The notes under the pieces were generated by a model. The model was not told where the DNA came from. It saw only the letters and a program-made list of their open reading frames with translations, and ran no database searches. Positions 17,859-27,411 of a stretch of 64,000 nucleotides of DNA are shown here, piece by piece. This DNA is from a virus: positions 1-64,000 of IMG/VR virus record IMGVR_UViG_3300027758_000008; one strand, 5' to 3'. Position numbers and translations under genes: made by a program. Numbering within the stretch: position 1 is the stretch's first letter; each line of letters begins with the position of its first letter.

Positions 17859-18782
17859 TTCTCAAGCTCCTTTAAAAGTGCGTCTGCTTTTACAACCGCT
17901 GCGCTTTCAACCCCTTCATAGTCGCCGTTAGCTAGTAAACCCTGCATAGCCAATCCTGCAAAATACTCGCGCTTGGTTAGACCGTAATGCTGGCCATATC
18001 CACCATCGTCCATTACTGGAATCGCCGGTTCATCTGCTTTCATTTCCCTTCCTCCATTTTCTCTAGCCGAACAGATAGAACCTGCTCGCCGTTTTTGTTT
18101 ACGTATGGCCCGTCTAGCTCAAACGACTTTATGCGTCGCTTGGCTAGGTTGGGGTGTTTTTTGATTAGTTGTGAGAGGGTCATTTAACACCCCATCGCTT
18201 TCATTGCTTTGTAAGTAATGACCGCCCTATCTCCATTGCTCCAATTCTTACCAACCTCATTGATGAAACAACTTTCAAGAAAATCCCAATCCTCCAGCAA
18301 TGCATCCCATTGCTTTGACTTTCCTTTTAGCTTGCCCATACCTGCTTTCAACTCTGGGATCTCATCAAGCAAAAGTAAGCACCGGTTAAAATCGGCAGGG
18401 TCGTGCGGGTGCGCGTAGCAGCATTCAATATTAATTATTGCGCAGGCCATAAATTTGCTACTCATCCCTACGCGACCATTCACAAGCCAATGTAAAACTT
18501 TTTCTCTAATTTTATTTGTTACTCTCATTTCATCTCTTCCTCCTCAGTTAATAATTAAATTATACGTCACCGTTTTGTGGTGTCGATGTCGTCTACCGCA
18601 CCAGCATGCAGTTCATCGACAGGTAACCGCCCTTTTGACTTAATCCATACTTGACCGTCTTTGTCGATACAGTCGCCGCGCTTAATCCAGTTGTGCAACT
18701 GCGTTTCCGTTCGACCTGTCGCCTTAGCTGCTGCGTATACGCTGCCGTAAGCTTGTTTGATGTGTTGTGATAGTGGTTTCAT
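17855..18782 (-). other. Small hypothetical ORFs 17855-18043, 18040-18183, 18184-18528, 18567-18782
   Basis: Coupled ORFs; TCGACA-16-TATAAT promoter at 18586-18559 precedes 18184..18528. Confidence 0.55.
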
Positions 18783-19780
18783 AATTCATACCCATTGCAA
18801 CTTTCAGAGCAGCCATCATAAGCAGGCTCCGCCCCTATCATCTTTCTTAAAGACCAAGCATCAAACATTTTTGAATCCCCGATTAACATATCAACTGTTC
18901 TATTTCCTCTGAAAAATCTTCTCTCACCTCCTGGGGCTTTCGTTGTTTTATACTCCTCTTCAAACCACTTGAAAGCCTCAAATCTATCTTCATTCTCTTT
19001 TGCTAATAGGAATAATTTTTTATCCGATTTCTTCCAGCATGTAGCGCAATTCCCTTCGTGCTCCTCAAGCTCCAAAGTAAAAGGCTGAGACTCCCAGAAA
19101 AAATTAACATCCTCTTTCGTCATGGGAAACCAGTCGCACATAGGGAAAACAAGGTTGTATTTATTTAATTTTTCGCTGTACTTATTCAACTTTTTTAGTT
19201 GATTCTCTGTAAGTATTTCAATCTTTGGATTGTCGAACAGATGCCTCATTCTTTCTACACCTGAGTTTCTAAAATGCATATCATCAACACCAACCAAAGA
19301 AAGAATTGACGCAACCTCATTGCTACATGCTCTTTTCTTCTCATCAACCCTGAAGCCAAGCGCTTGTTTTGCATTCGTTAAACCTGAACTCTTCCTATAG
19401 CTCTCTATGACATGTTCTTTTAGTCTGTCTGAGCATTGAGGGTAAGATCTGTTTGGGATTCCATTTTTTCTAACATGGGCATGAAATGGATGATTTGGGT
19501 CTTTGTACTGATTAATCCTGTAAGCATTTTCAAAGTTCGTAACTCTATGCGTATTCCCCTTTCCTTTTGGGTTAACTACAGCCTCAAGCCACACTACATT
19601 CAATCCAAAATGCTTATCGCACCTATCAATAAAACTAAGTGTCTCTTCGTTCTCCATTCCTGTGTTAGCAAAAACGCAAATTTGCTCATCATATTCCGAC
19701 CATTTTGGATCTGTTTTAATTATTATCGCTTGGGCCATGGATGATTTTCCGCTGCTGGTGTTCGTTATTATTACTGACAT
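18779..19780 (-). CDS. PAPS reductase-like (PP-loop) protein
   Basis: SSGKSS, FANTG.E..ETL.F, GNC..CWKKS, CSESC; AT-rich; absent from B. Confidence 0.75.
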   Translation of the reverse strand: MSVIITNTSSGKSSMAQAIIIKTDPKWSEYDEQICVFANTGMENEETLSFIDRCDKHFGLNVVWLEAVVNPKGKGNTHRVTNFENAYRINQYKDPNHPFHAHVRKNGIPNRSYPQCSDRLKEHVIESYRKSSGLTNAKQALGFRVDEKKRACSNEVASILSLVGVDDMHFRNSGVERMRHLFDNPKIEILTENQLKKLNKYSEKLNKYNLVFPMCDWFPMTKEDVNFFWESQPFTLELEEHEGNCATCWKKSDKKLFLLAKENEDRFEAFKWFEEEYKTTKAPGGERRFFRGNRTVDMLIGDSKMFDAWSLRKMIGAEPAYDGCSESCNGYEL

Positions 19781-20054
19781 ATCTTTTCCTACTCAGCGCT
19801 AGCGACCTAAGCCGCACCACCAAAAATATCAACCATATTCTTCATTGCCTCTTTCATTGCGAACTTACTGCATGGCCATGGGGCCGTTGAGCCGTTGCAT
19901 GTTACAACCCAGTAAGCACCAGAATCTTTATATGCAGTAACCTTTACGCCGTTGATTTGTTTTGTGTAAGTTTTCATTTTGCTTATCTCCTCTAGTTGAT
20001 GATTCAAGTATGCCCTAATGAATTTCGTTTGCAAGTACTTTTCGTTATTATTTT

Positions 20055-20071
20055 ATCTGGTCGTACCACTT
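20055..20071. promoter_or_regulatory. Possible FadR-like box upstream of leftward early promoter
   Basis: ATCTGGTCGTACCACTT; degenerate in B (TGGC), and lies within an ORF. Confidence 0.35.
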
Positions 20072-20199
20072 CACACTCACACCCTGGAAACCGTTCCCGC
20101 AAACTCTGCTCGATGTCGTCGGCATCGGATAGCATGGCGAATTGGTATTTTTTGCCTTTGTAGGTCAGTTTTATTTGGTAGGGTTTCATTTTTAGCCTC

Positions 20200-20590
20200 G
20201 TGTAACAGTTTTATTTGTTTAATATCAATAGTTTACGTCATAAAAACGCCGATTGTAACAGTGTGTAACACCTTCTGTTACAGCTACAAGCCGCGCCACA
20301 TAAGGGATATGGCGTAATCCGTAACAATGTAACAATATATAGATAAAGAGTAACTTTTATTATATATGGCATAATATATAGAAATGGGCTATTTATTATA
20401 TATAGTGTCTATATTTTTGAAAAACTGTTACATCGTTACAAAATGACATAAATAATTGATTTATAAAGTAACAGCAAGCGTAACAAAGCGTAACAAAAAA
20501 CAAAAAGTGTTACGGTATATAAGAAAGCCCGCATATAAGCGGGCCCTTTAAGTGTTACATCGTAACGGTTACTCAGTAAAAGCGTAACAA
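20200..20590. repeat. Putative replication origin A with GTAACA/TGTTAC repeats
   Basis: Many copies in both orientations around an AT-rich core, directly after the primase-helicase gene. Confidence 0.65.
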
Positions 20591-23247
20591 GGTAGAACGG
20601 TAAATCTCGTCGGGCTTCCTGCAAATCTAACGACACCTTGGCCTTTTTTTGCGCCATCGATACGCTGCAGAATTCGAGACCAGTTACCTTGCCATGGCGT
20701 GTTATAAAGGCTGTGCTCAATCTCGTTGTGACTGTTACTTATAAGCACGGTGTCTCGCTCAACCTTAACGCCAAACCTTGGCAGTACATCCTTGGCCATA
20801 CCGCTAGTAATCGATGTCGTGTCACTACCAAGCGCAGTGTTAATTAACTCACCAATCGACCTTGTAATAGGACCATTAATTCCATCAATGCGAACTTGGC
20901 GCTGCATGATACGACTTAGGCAATTCTCCTCGTCACTTACCTGCTCAGCCTCTTGCGCCTCATCAAGGTTTAATTGGTCCACTATTGCTCGAGCCTCATC
21001 GATTGAGAATATCTCATCATCTATCAGGGCCCAATAACCAGCCAGAAGCGTTCCAACCTGGTCACCGATACGCTGCGAGCCCATTTTCATAGCTACTGCA
21101 GTGCTGAACGTTTTAGCGTTCTCGCGTATAACTGGAATCATGTGATAGGCTCGGGCCCTGATAGACTTGCAGAAGTCATCGCTTAGCGTGTCCATTACCT
21201 TTGCTTCAAATGCTCTAAACTTCTCTATAGATTCACTTGTCTTTTCTGGTTTATTCAATGATACAACCGTGAACCGAGACTCGTCGGCGGCTTGTTTTAA
21301 ACCCACGTTAATCGAGCCCATCAGAAACATTGACCGCATTCTAAAAGACATGCCGGCTCCATTAGCTGTGCCTTTCATTATCTCAGCGCCACCATCGAAG
21401 CTTGATTGTCTGGCCAGCTCAATAACAGACTGAATGCGCCCCATGGCTTGCTGGTTTTCGCTCTCCGCCTCATCAAACATTACTGGTCTTGCGTCGAATT
21501 GAACCTTTTGCCTTATACCTGCCTCAGTGGTGCCGCCCTGGCAGTAAATCATCATCCGGCCTACTAACTTGTCTATAATGTTTTCTTGCGCCCATGACTT
21601 ACCCGCCCCACGCTGCGCAGTAATCCACAGGTGCGGACGCCACGACAGCGCACCACAGATAGGTGCTAATGCTACCCAGCCCATGGTGAACATGGCGTGC
21701 TCAGGTCTAACCCAGTTAAGCCCTTCGAATATGCCTGCTAACTCTTTCCCGTCGTCACTACTAGCCGGCACCGCGTCGAAACCGTTTTCAAAAGCAGATT
21801 GCCGTGCGTAGATGTAACGCCCTCTGTACTCAGTTAGACCGGTGCGCTGGTTGTCTATCATGAGTCTGTCACCCAAATGCAACACGCTCCTTCCGTCGTC
21901 GTACCAAGCCCCGCGCCCTCTCTGGTTGCTAGGGTCGTACACGCCGGCTTGCTCGCACCACCGGTTTACGGCGTCATAGCATGCGTCCCAGTCTATGCCG
22001 TTCTTGGTGGGGAACATTGACTCCCACCACGTAAGCGGGCTCAACTGTAGCAGATGCTGTTTGCGTAGCGAGCCCAGCGACAGCCTGGTTACCTGTTCGG
22101 TACGCTTTGGCAGGAAGTAGCCATTACCGTCGTTAAACCCTAGCGTGATGAAGTCGAACGTCGCCTCTTCTGGCTCGGGCGCTGCGGTGGCCGGAGCTTT
22201 TTCACGCTCTTGCTTCGGCTTGGTCTCTGCTGGTGGGGTCTCTTGTCGTTGCTGCTTGAGCTCTATCCCCAACTCAGCGGCAGCGGCCTTGAACGCAGCT
22301 GATCGATCGTTTCCATGTTCGTAGTAGCAGAACAGGTCGTAGCTGTTGACGGGGTGCCCGCTTTCGCCGCTGTCTAATGGGTCGCTTGCGTGGTGAATCC
22401 AGCAGGTGTCGTTGTCTAGGATGTGGACGCCAGGTAGTCCTGTCCCGCTATGCGGGCTAAGGTAGCGCCTGCCCTTCTTAGTGTAACCGTATCGCTCTAG
22501 TTGCTGCAGTAACGGGTTAGCACGCTTGTACGCCTCGACCACCTCGTTAGCCTTGTCTCCTCCATTGGAAGCCTTAGTTTTAGCAGGTTTTGGCCTCTGC
22601 TCAGGTTGAGCCCAAGGGCACGCGTCACGTAGCTGAGGCTTGAACGAGTCCCATGCAGTCCAGATAGATATTAGCCACGCCGGCGGTGTTGGCCAATCTC
22701 CCTGTTTTGGTGGCTGCACTATCCATTTGTACGGCTCTTGGGTCTCAGGGTGAATGCTTGGCGGTAGTACGTCGAAACGCTGCTTGCCTTCGCTGCTGGC
22801 TCTTAGCTCGAACACGGTGTAGTGCTTTTTGGGGTTGTCCTCTAGTGGCCAATTCACTTTACAGTAATTAAGCGCCTGGTCGTCTGGCACACGAAACAAC
22901 AGACGCAAACCTTTGCTTGCGCCTTGTATGGTCGGGTATTTATTCAGTTCTTCAAGCGGTATCCCAAACTCGTCCAATATGACCTTGAACGACTCCATGC
23001 AATCTATATCTAGACTGCACATACGAGACTGTCCTAGTTCCAAACCTATGTTATGGTTTGGGTGGCTGGCAAAGTAGTCTGGCGCGTTTCCGTTCAGTGT
23101 GTTGTTGCCCCAGTCCTTTTCGATTGGGAGCTTGCTTCGCTCTTGTAGTGGTATTAGAGCGAATTTGTACTTGTTTGCGTAACGTTCAGCGTACCAACTT
23201 ATCGGTTTAGATGCTGCCATCGAACAGACCTCCCTGCCATGAATCAT
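20569..23247 (-). CDS. Bifunctional primase-polymerase fused to helicase-like ATPase
   Basis: Prim-Pol motifs (NIG, LDID, PPSIHP...Y.W); Walker A AQRGAGKS and B MFDEAE. Confidence 0.8.
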   Translation of the reverse strand: MIHGREVCSMAASKPISWYAERYANKYKFALIPLQERSKLPIEKDWGNNTLNGNAPDYFASHPNHNIGLELGQSRMCSLDIDCMESFKVILDEFGIPLEELNKYPTIQGASKGLRLLFRVPDDQALNYCKVNWPLEDNPKKHYTVFELRASSEGKQRFDVLPPSIHPETQEPYKWIVQPPKQGDWPTPPAWLISIWTAWDSFKPQLRDACPWAQPEQRPKPAKTKASNGGDKANEVVEAYKRANPLLQQLERYGYTKKGRRYLSPHSGTGLPGVHILDNDTCWIHHASDPLDSGESGHPVNSYDLFCYYEHGNDRSAAFKAAAAELGIELKQQRQETPPAETKPKQEREKAPATAAPEPEEATFDFITLGFNDGNGYFLPKRTEQVTRLSLGSLRKQHLLQLSPLTWWESMFPTKNGIDWDACYDAVNRWCEQAGVYDPSNQRGRGAWYDDGRSVLHLGDRLMIDNQRTGLTEYRGRYIYARQSAFENGFDAVPASSDDGKELAGIFEGLNWVRPEHAMFTMGWVALAPICGALSWRPHLWITAQRGAGKSWAQENIIDKLVGRMMIYCQGGTTEAGIRQKVQFDARPVMFDEAESENQQAMGRIQSVIELARQSSFDGGAEIMKGTANGAGMSFRMRSMFLMGSINVGLKQAADESRFTVVSLNKPEKTSESIEKFRAFEAKVMDTLSDDFCKSIRARAYHMIPVIRENAKTFSTAVAMKMGSQRIGDQVGTLLAGYWALIDDEIFSIDEARAIVDQLNLDEAQEAEQVSDEENCLSRIMQRQVRIDGINGPITRSIGELINTALGSDTTSITSGMAKDVLPRFGVKVERDTVLISNSHNEIEHSLYNTPWQGNWSRILQRIDGAKKGQGVVRFAGSPTRFTVLPCYAFTE

Positions 23248-23437
23248 CAGTCGTGTCTTGAAATTCGTGGATCTGGTATCCGGTTGGTATTTCGCTATGC
23301 TTGATGAATGGTCGATAGCCGTGCCGCTTGTGTTTTACTACATCGCCACACAACTTGCACTGAATGCAGTAATGCTGCGTGCCGTTTTCGAATGTTCGGC
23401 GGGCATATCTCATGCCGCCAATGTGGTTGCATTTCAT
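23207..23437 (-). CDS. Small Cys-containing (zinc-finger-like) protein
   Basis: C.H...QC..CG pattern. Confidence 0.45.
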   Translation of the reverse strand: MKCNHIGGMRYARRTFENGTQHYCIQCKLCGDVVKHKRHGYRPFIKHSEIPTGYQIHEFQDTTDDSWQGGLFDGSI

Positions 23438-23480
23438 GGTTTACCTCGTAAGGTTGTGGGACGCATCCCGTTGTTAGCGC

Positions 23481-23834
23481 TTATGCGCGGGTTAATAAAT
23501 CTACAGCATCTTGAGGGCTTCGCGCAATACCTGCTATCCCTCCATGTTTGTTTACGTGCTCTATAAATTGAATCTGTTCCTTGCTGGCCCTGCCTTTAGG
23601 GGCCTTTACTTCTATAGCAAAAAACTTCCCTTTATTGGTTATTCCAATCAAATCAGCGGAACCATTGCATAGCCCGCAAGGTATCATTTGTGCGTTTGCT
23701 AGCGTCACTGTTCGGTTGTCCTTGTGTATTACTTGGCCGGTCCAGAATGAGCCTGTTTCATTGCGCCATACGGTGTGACCCAGTTGGCTAATTGCGATCA
23801 TGATGTTGCGCTGTATCTTGGTCTCTAAGTTCAT
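23481..23834 (-). CDS. VRR-NUC nuclease
   Basis: ET.IQ..I...G.ADL...IEVK...G..S.EQ..F. Confidence 0.85.
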   Translation of the reverse strand: MNLETKIQRNIMIAISQLGHTVWRNETGSFWTGQVIHKDNRTVTLANAQMIPCGLCNGSADLIGITNKGKFFAIEVKAPKGRASKEQIQFIEHVNKHGGIAGIARSPQDAVDLLTRA

Positions 23835-25303
23835 AAACTAGCCTCTATTCTCTTAGCTTCTGCGTAGTCTTTTGGTCCAGGCTTCTTGCCTCCTCTGGCC
23901 ATATAAACGTTGACTGCCCACCCACTGGCATTCTTCATGCCGCGCCGCTTGCCAAGCGCTATCAAGTCACGCAATCCGTTTGCCTGCCCCTGCTCCTGTC
24001 GGGCTCGTTTTCGCTCTGCCTGTACCGCTGCCATATCTACTTGCTCTAGCTCGCCCTCAACCTCGTTTAACTTGCGCTCTTTCTTCTCTACCGGAGCTCC
24101 GCACATTGGGCATGCGTCAACACCAGACTTGAACACCGCGTAACACTGCCCGCACTGAGACACATTTACGTCTGGCTCGTCGTCTTTCTTTTTGCGTCTT
24201 TTTGGTTCATCTCCTGATAAAGACCATTCACGTTTTTCACACGGCAAACCATGTTTAACTATACATCCTGCATGGTCAAGTATGACAGCCGGGTTAGGCT
24301 TCTTACGCATAGCCCTGAACACCATCTGCAGGTATCGCGCAACAGACTGTGTAGGCCTAAGCAGTATGCAGCATTCAAGTGTACAGTCTCTGCCCACCTG
24401 CGCGGACAAATCGAAACCCTCTATAACTAGTTCGCAATTACATAAGACCTTGTAGCGACCGTCAGCCAGCCCCATACAGGCATCTTTTATTTCGCCCTCC
24501 GTGCTTGTTCCGTCCACGTGTATAGCCGGCACGCCTGAATCATTGAAAGCTTGTGCAGTTTGCTTGCTGTGCTTAACGTTTACGCAATAACAGACTGTGC
24601 GCAGACCGTTAGCCAATTTTTTCCAGTGACTAACCGCGTCGCCTACAATTGATGGTTTAGACATAGCGCCGGCTAACTGGTCTTTGTTGTAGTCACCGCC
24701 GGCGTTTTTAACGTCTGACAGGTCAGGGCTAACTGGGGTTGTGTAGGCGACGTAATTGGAAAGCCTACGTTGCTTTATAAGCCATGCAGTTGACTTAGCC
24801 TCTATCATTTCGTCAAATAAGTCACCTAGCGCTTTACCGTCAAGACGCTTAGGCGTTCCGGTTAGCCCTATAACCAAAGCGCCATTGTCGCGAGCCCAAT
24901 TAATGACGGTCTCGAACATGTTGCCTTTAGCCAGATGCGCCTCGTCTATAAACATGATTCGAGGCGGTGCCAGTCTCTCAAGCCTGCTGTAAACAGTACC
25001 GATGGTGCCAATCTGGACGGGTAGCTTTGATTGACGACGTCCACTAGTGATTAGGCCGTGTTCAATCTTGGCAGACCAGAAAGACTTATCGGTCTGACGT
25101 AGCAGGTTCTTTCTGTGAACCAAAAACCAAACGCTTGTATGCGGGTTTTTAGCTTGTGCCTCTTGCGTGATGTAGCCTGCAACCACGGTTTTCCCGAATG
25201 CTGGGCTGGCCACGCCCAAAACAGATTTACACCCTTTGGCCACTGCCGCGCGTAAGTTGTGCACGAATTCAGCCTGGTCCTCATATAGCTGGAATTGGCT
25301 CAT
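23831..25303 (-). CDS. Superfamily 2 DEAH helicase
   Basis: SPAFGKT, DEAH, TGT, QM..R.MR, C-terminal CxxC..CxxC. Confidence 0.88.
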   Translation of the reverse strand: MSQFQLYEDQAEFVHNLRAAVAKGCKSVLGVASPAFGKTVVAGYITQEAQAKNPHTSVWFLVHRKNLLRQTDKSFWSAKIEHGLITSGRRQSKLPVQIGTIGTVYSRLERLAPPRIMFIDEAHLAKGNMFETVINWARDNGALVIGLTGTPKRLDGKALGDLFDEMIEAKSTAWLIKQRRLSNYVAYTTPVSPDLSDVKNAGGDYNKDQLAGAMSKPSIVGDAVSHWKKLANGLRTVCYCVNVKHSKQTAQAFNDSGVPAIHVDGTSTEGEIKDACMGLADGRYKVLCNCELVIEGFDLSAQVGRDCTLECCILLRPTQSVARYLQMVFRAMRKKPNPAVILDHAGCIVKHGLPCEKREWSLSGDEPKRRKKKDDEPDVNVSQCGQCYAVFKSGVDACPMCGAPVEKKERKLNEVEGELEQVDMAAVQAERKRARQEQGQANGLRDLIALGKRRGMKNASGWAVNVYMARGGKKPGPKDYAEAKRIEASL

Positions 25304-25473
25304 TGGTTGGCCTCCAGGTAGTCAGACAGCTTTTTTACTGTGACGTAACTAGGGTTAGGCGCCTTGCCTGTTTTCACTGCAGATATAAACTGCCGCGTCA
25401 TTCCTACAGACTTGGCAACAGCGCTTATATTGCGGTCACTTAGTCTCTGTTTTATTTCATCTAGTGTAAGCAT
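25300..25473 (-). CDS. Cro-like HTH protein (57 aa, not in ORF track)
   Basis: MLTLDEIKQRLSDRNISAVAKSVGMTRQFISAVKTGKAPNPSY...; at the divergent control region. Confidence 0.75.
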   Translation of the reverse strand: MLTLDEIKQRLSDRNISAVAKSVGMTRQFISAVKTGKAPNPSYVTVKKLSDYLEANQ

Positions 25474-25498
25474 TGTTTAACCTTTTTGTTATTAGGTG

Positions 25499-25527
25499 TT
25501 GACACAATAAACCATAAAGCATAGGAT
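25499..25527 (+). promoter_or_regulatory. Sigma70-type early promoter
   Basis: TTGACA-17-TAGGAT. Confidence 0.7.
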
Positions 25528-25576
25528 TACAACCACTGGCTGACTTAGCCAGCAACAACCAAACGGGCTACAGAAC

Positions 25577-26434
25577 ATGATAGACGTTATTGATTACACC
25601 CAGCATGAGGGTGAACTGCCAGCAACATGCGCAGTTATTAACATGCCAAACAGTGCTTATCACACTCACCCGTCAATAAGCAAAAGCGGGTTAGATTTGA
25701 TAAACCGCAGTATCGCCCACTATGAGTACCGCACGCCGTTTGAACTTACGCGGCACATGGAGATAGGCACCGCAATACACGCCGCGCTTTTCGAGCACGA
25801 GCGATACAAGTCTGAGTATATTCTTTTGCCTAACGTGAAAGACCGACGAGCTAGCGAGTACAAGCAGGCTGTGAAAGCCGCAGGCACTAGCGAGTTGGTT
25901 TTAGTTGGTCATGAGTCAGACAAGGTAAACGGCATGTACCAAAGCGTTAGCCTAAACAAAGAAGCTATGAAGCTTCTAAGCGAAGGATACCCTGAGCTGT
26001 CAGTGTTTGCCGTATGTCAAGCAACCGGATTGCATCTTCGCTGCCGTTTCGACTTCCTAACGCGCGGCGGAGTCGCTGTTGACCTAAAGAAAACGCAAGA
26101 CGTTCGCTATGACAAGTTCCAGCGCTCTATAGGGTCTTACCGTTATCACGTACAGGATGCGTTTTACATGTATGTAGCGGCACTTGCCGGAATCAACGTG
26201 AAAGAGTTCAAGTTTTTGGCAGTAGAAGAGCAACCGCCGCACTCCAACAAACTATACACGCTTGATGATGAAGCTAAAGCAGTGGGTCGCCGTGAATTTA
26301 ACAGGGACTTAACCGCATACGCTGAATTCAAGAAAGCCGGCGGAATTCCTGCAGGTCTTGTTCAGGAATCAGAGTTAATGAGCCTGCCAGTATGGGCGTT
26401 AGACGACGAAGCAGACGCGGAGTATCAACTATGA
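25577..26434 (+). CDS. RecE/exonuclease VIII-like PD-(D/E)XK nuclease (DUF3799-like)
   Basis: YH...ISKSGL...GTAIH...RCRFD...VDLK...Y.YHVQ.AFY. Confidence 0.8.
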   Translation: MIDVIDYTQHEGELPATCAVINMPNSAYHTHPSISKSGLDLINRSIAHYEYRTPFELTRHMEIGTAIHAALFEHERYKSEYILLPNVKDRRASEYKQAVKAAGTSELVLVGHESDKVNGMYQSVSLNKEAMKLLSEGYPELSVFAVCQATGLHLRCRFDFLTRGGVAVDLKKTQDVRYDKFQRSIGSYRYHVQDAFYMYVAALAGINVKEFKFLAVEEQPPHSNKLYTLDDEAKAVGRREFNRDLTAYAEFKKAGGIPAGLVQESELMSLPVWALDDEADAEYQL

Positions 26435-27009
26435 ATGATTTAAGTTTCACTATTAAACCAAAGTCTGACCAGTTAAACGCAGATGACCTTATAGCTGGAC
26501 CTATCACGGTTACCGTTCAGGATGTTGTTGTTTATGAGTCCCCAGACCAGCCTGTTAGTGTTGTTATAGGTAACGGCTATCATCCTTACAAGCCTTGTAA
26601 ATCTATGCGGCGATTGATGATAGCAGTGTGGGGTAAGCACGACAGCGACTGGATTGGTCAGAGTATGACGCTGTTTAACGATCCGTCTGTTACCTGGGCG
26701 GGCGCTGCAGTGGGCGGAATTCGCATCAGCCACATGACTGGCTTAACCAAGCCTTTCAGCGTTGCGCTGACTGCTACGCGAGGCAAACGCAAGCCTTACA
26801 CTGTGGAGCCGTTACAGTTGCCGGCGTACCCTGCTGAGTCGTTCAACAAGAACAAATCGCAATGGGCGCAATTGATTGGTGAAGGCAAGTACACACCACA
26901 GCAAATCATTCAAGGTTGCCAGCAGAAGGGTTTGTTAACCGAAGAAATGAAAACAGAAATTTTAAACATGGCTCAACCGGAGCCGCAAACAGATGATGAG
27001 GATATGTAA
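26431..27009 (+). CDS. Conserved phage protein in the recombinase slot
   Basis: Coupled to the exonuclease and followed by an SSB-like gene; KSDQLNADDL motif. Confidence 0.6.
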   Translation: MNDLSFTIKPKSDQLNADDLIAGPITVTVQDVVVYESPDQPVSVVIGNGYHPYKPCKSMRRLMIAVWGKHDSDWIGQSMTLFNDPSVTWAGAAVGGIRISHMTGLTKPFSVALTATRGKRKPYTVEPLQLPAYPAESFNKNKSQWAQLIGEGKYTPQQIIQGCQQKGLLTEEMKTEILNMAQPEPQTDDEDM

Positions 27010-27011
27010 TC

Positions 27012-27320
27012 ATGGCTAAACGATTAGTAGTTAAAACAGGCGAGTACACAAACCAGCAAGGTGAGACAAAGGGCGAATACACTAAAATTGGTGTAATTTT
27101 AAATAACCAAAACGGCGACTTTATTTTGATGGACCCGACCATCAATTTAGCTGGCGTGCTACTTAAACAGAATGCTCTAGCCGCCAAGCAAGGTAAGCAG
27201 CAAAGCGACTCTGTTATGGTCAGCGTATTCGAGGACCAACCTCAACAAAACGCACCGCAGCAACAGCCGCAAGGTGGATACCAGCAACAACCCAGCCCTA
27301 GCGGTGGCGCTCCGTTCTAA
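27012..27320 (+). CDS. SSB-like protein
   Basis: Short beta-rich domain, Gln/Pro linker, C-terminal PF. Confidence 0.55.
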   Translation: MAKRLVVKTGEYTNQQGETKGEYTKIGVILNNQNGDFILMDPTINLAGVLLKQNALAAKQGKQQSDSVMVSVFEDQPQQNAPQQQPQGGYQQQPSPSGGAPF

Positions 27321-27350
27321 TAAGGCAAGCCGGCTCAACAGGGCCGGCTC

Positions 27351-27389
27351 CACTGGTCAAACCACCTTGGCGCGTAGAGATGGTATATT
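27351..27389 (+). promoter_or_regulatory. FadR-like box + extended -10 promoter
   Basis: CACTGGTCAAACCACCT (27351-27367), 16 bp, TATATT (27384-27389) preceded by TGG; follows a GC hairpin. Confidence 0.75.
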
Positions 27390-27411
27390 GTAGGAAATGG
27401 AGGGGGATAAA

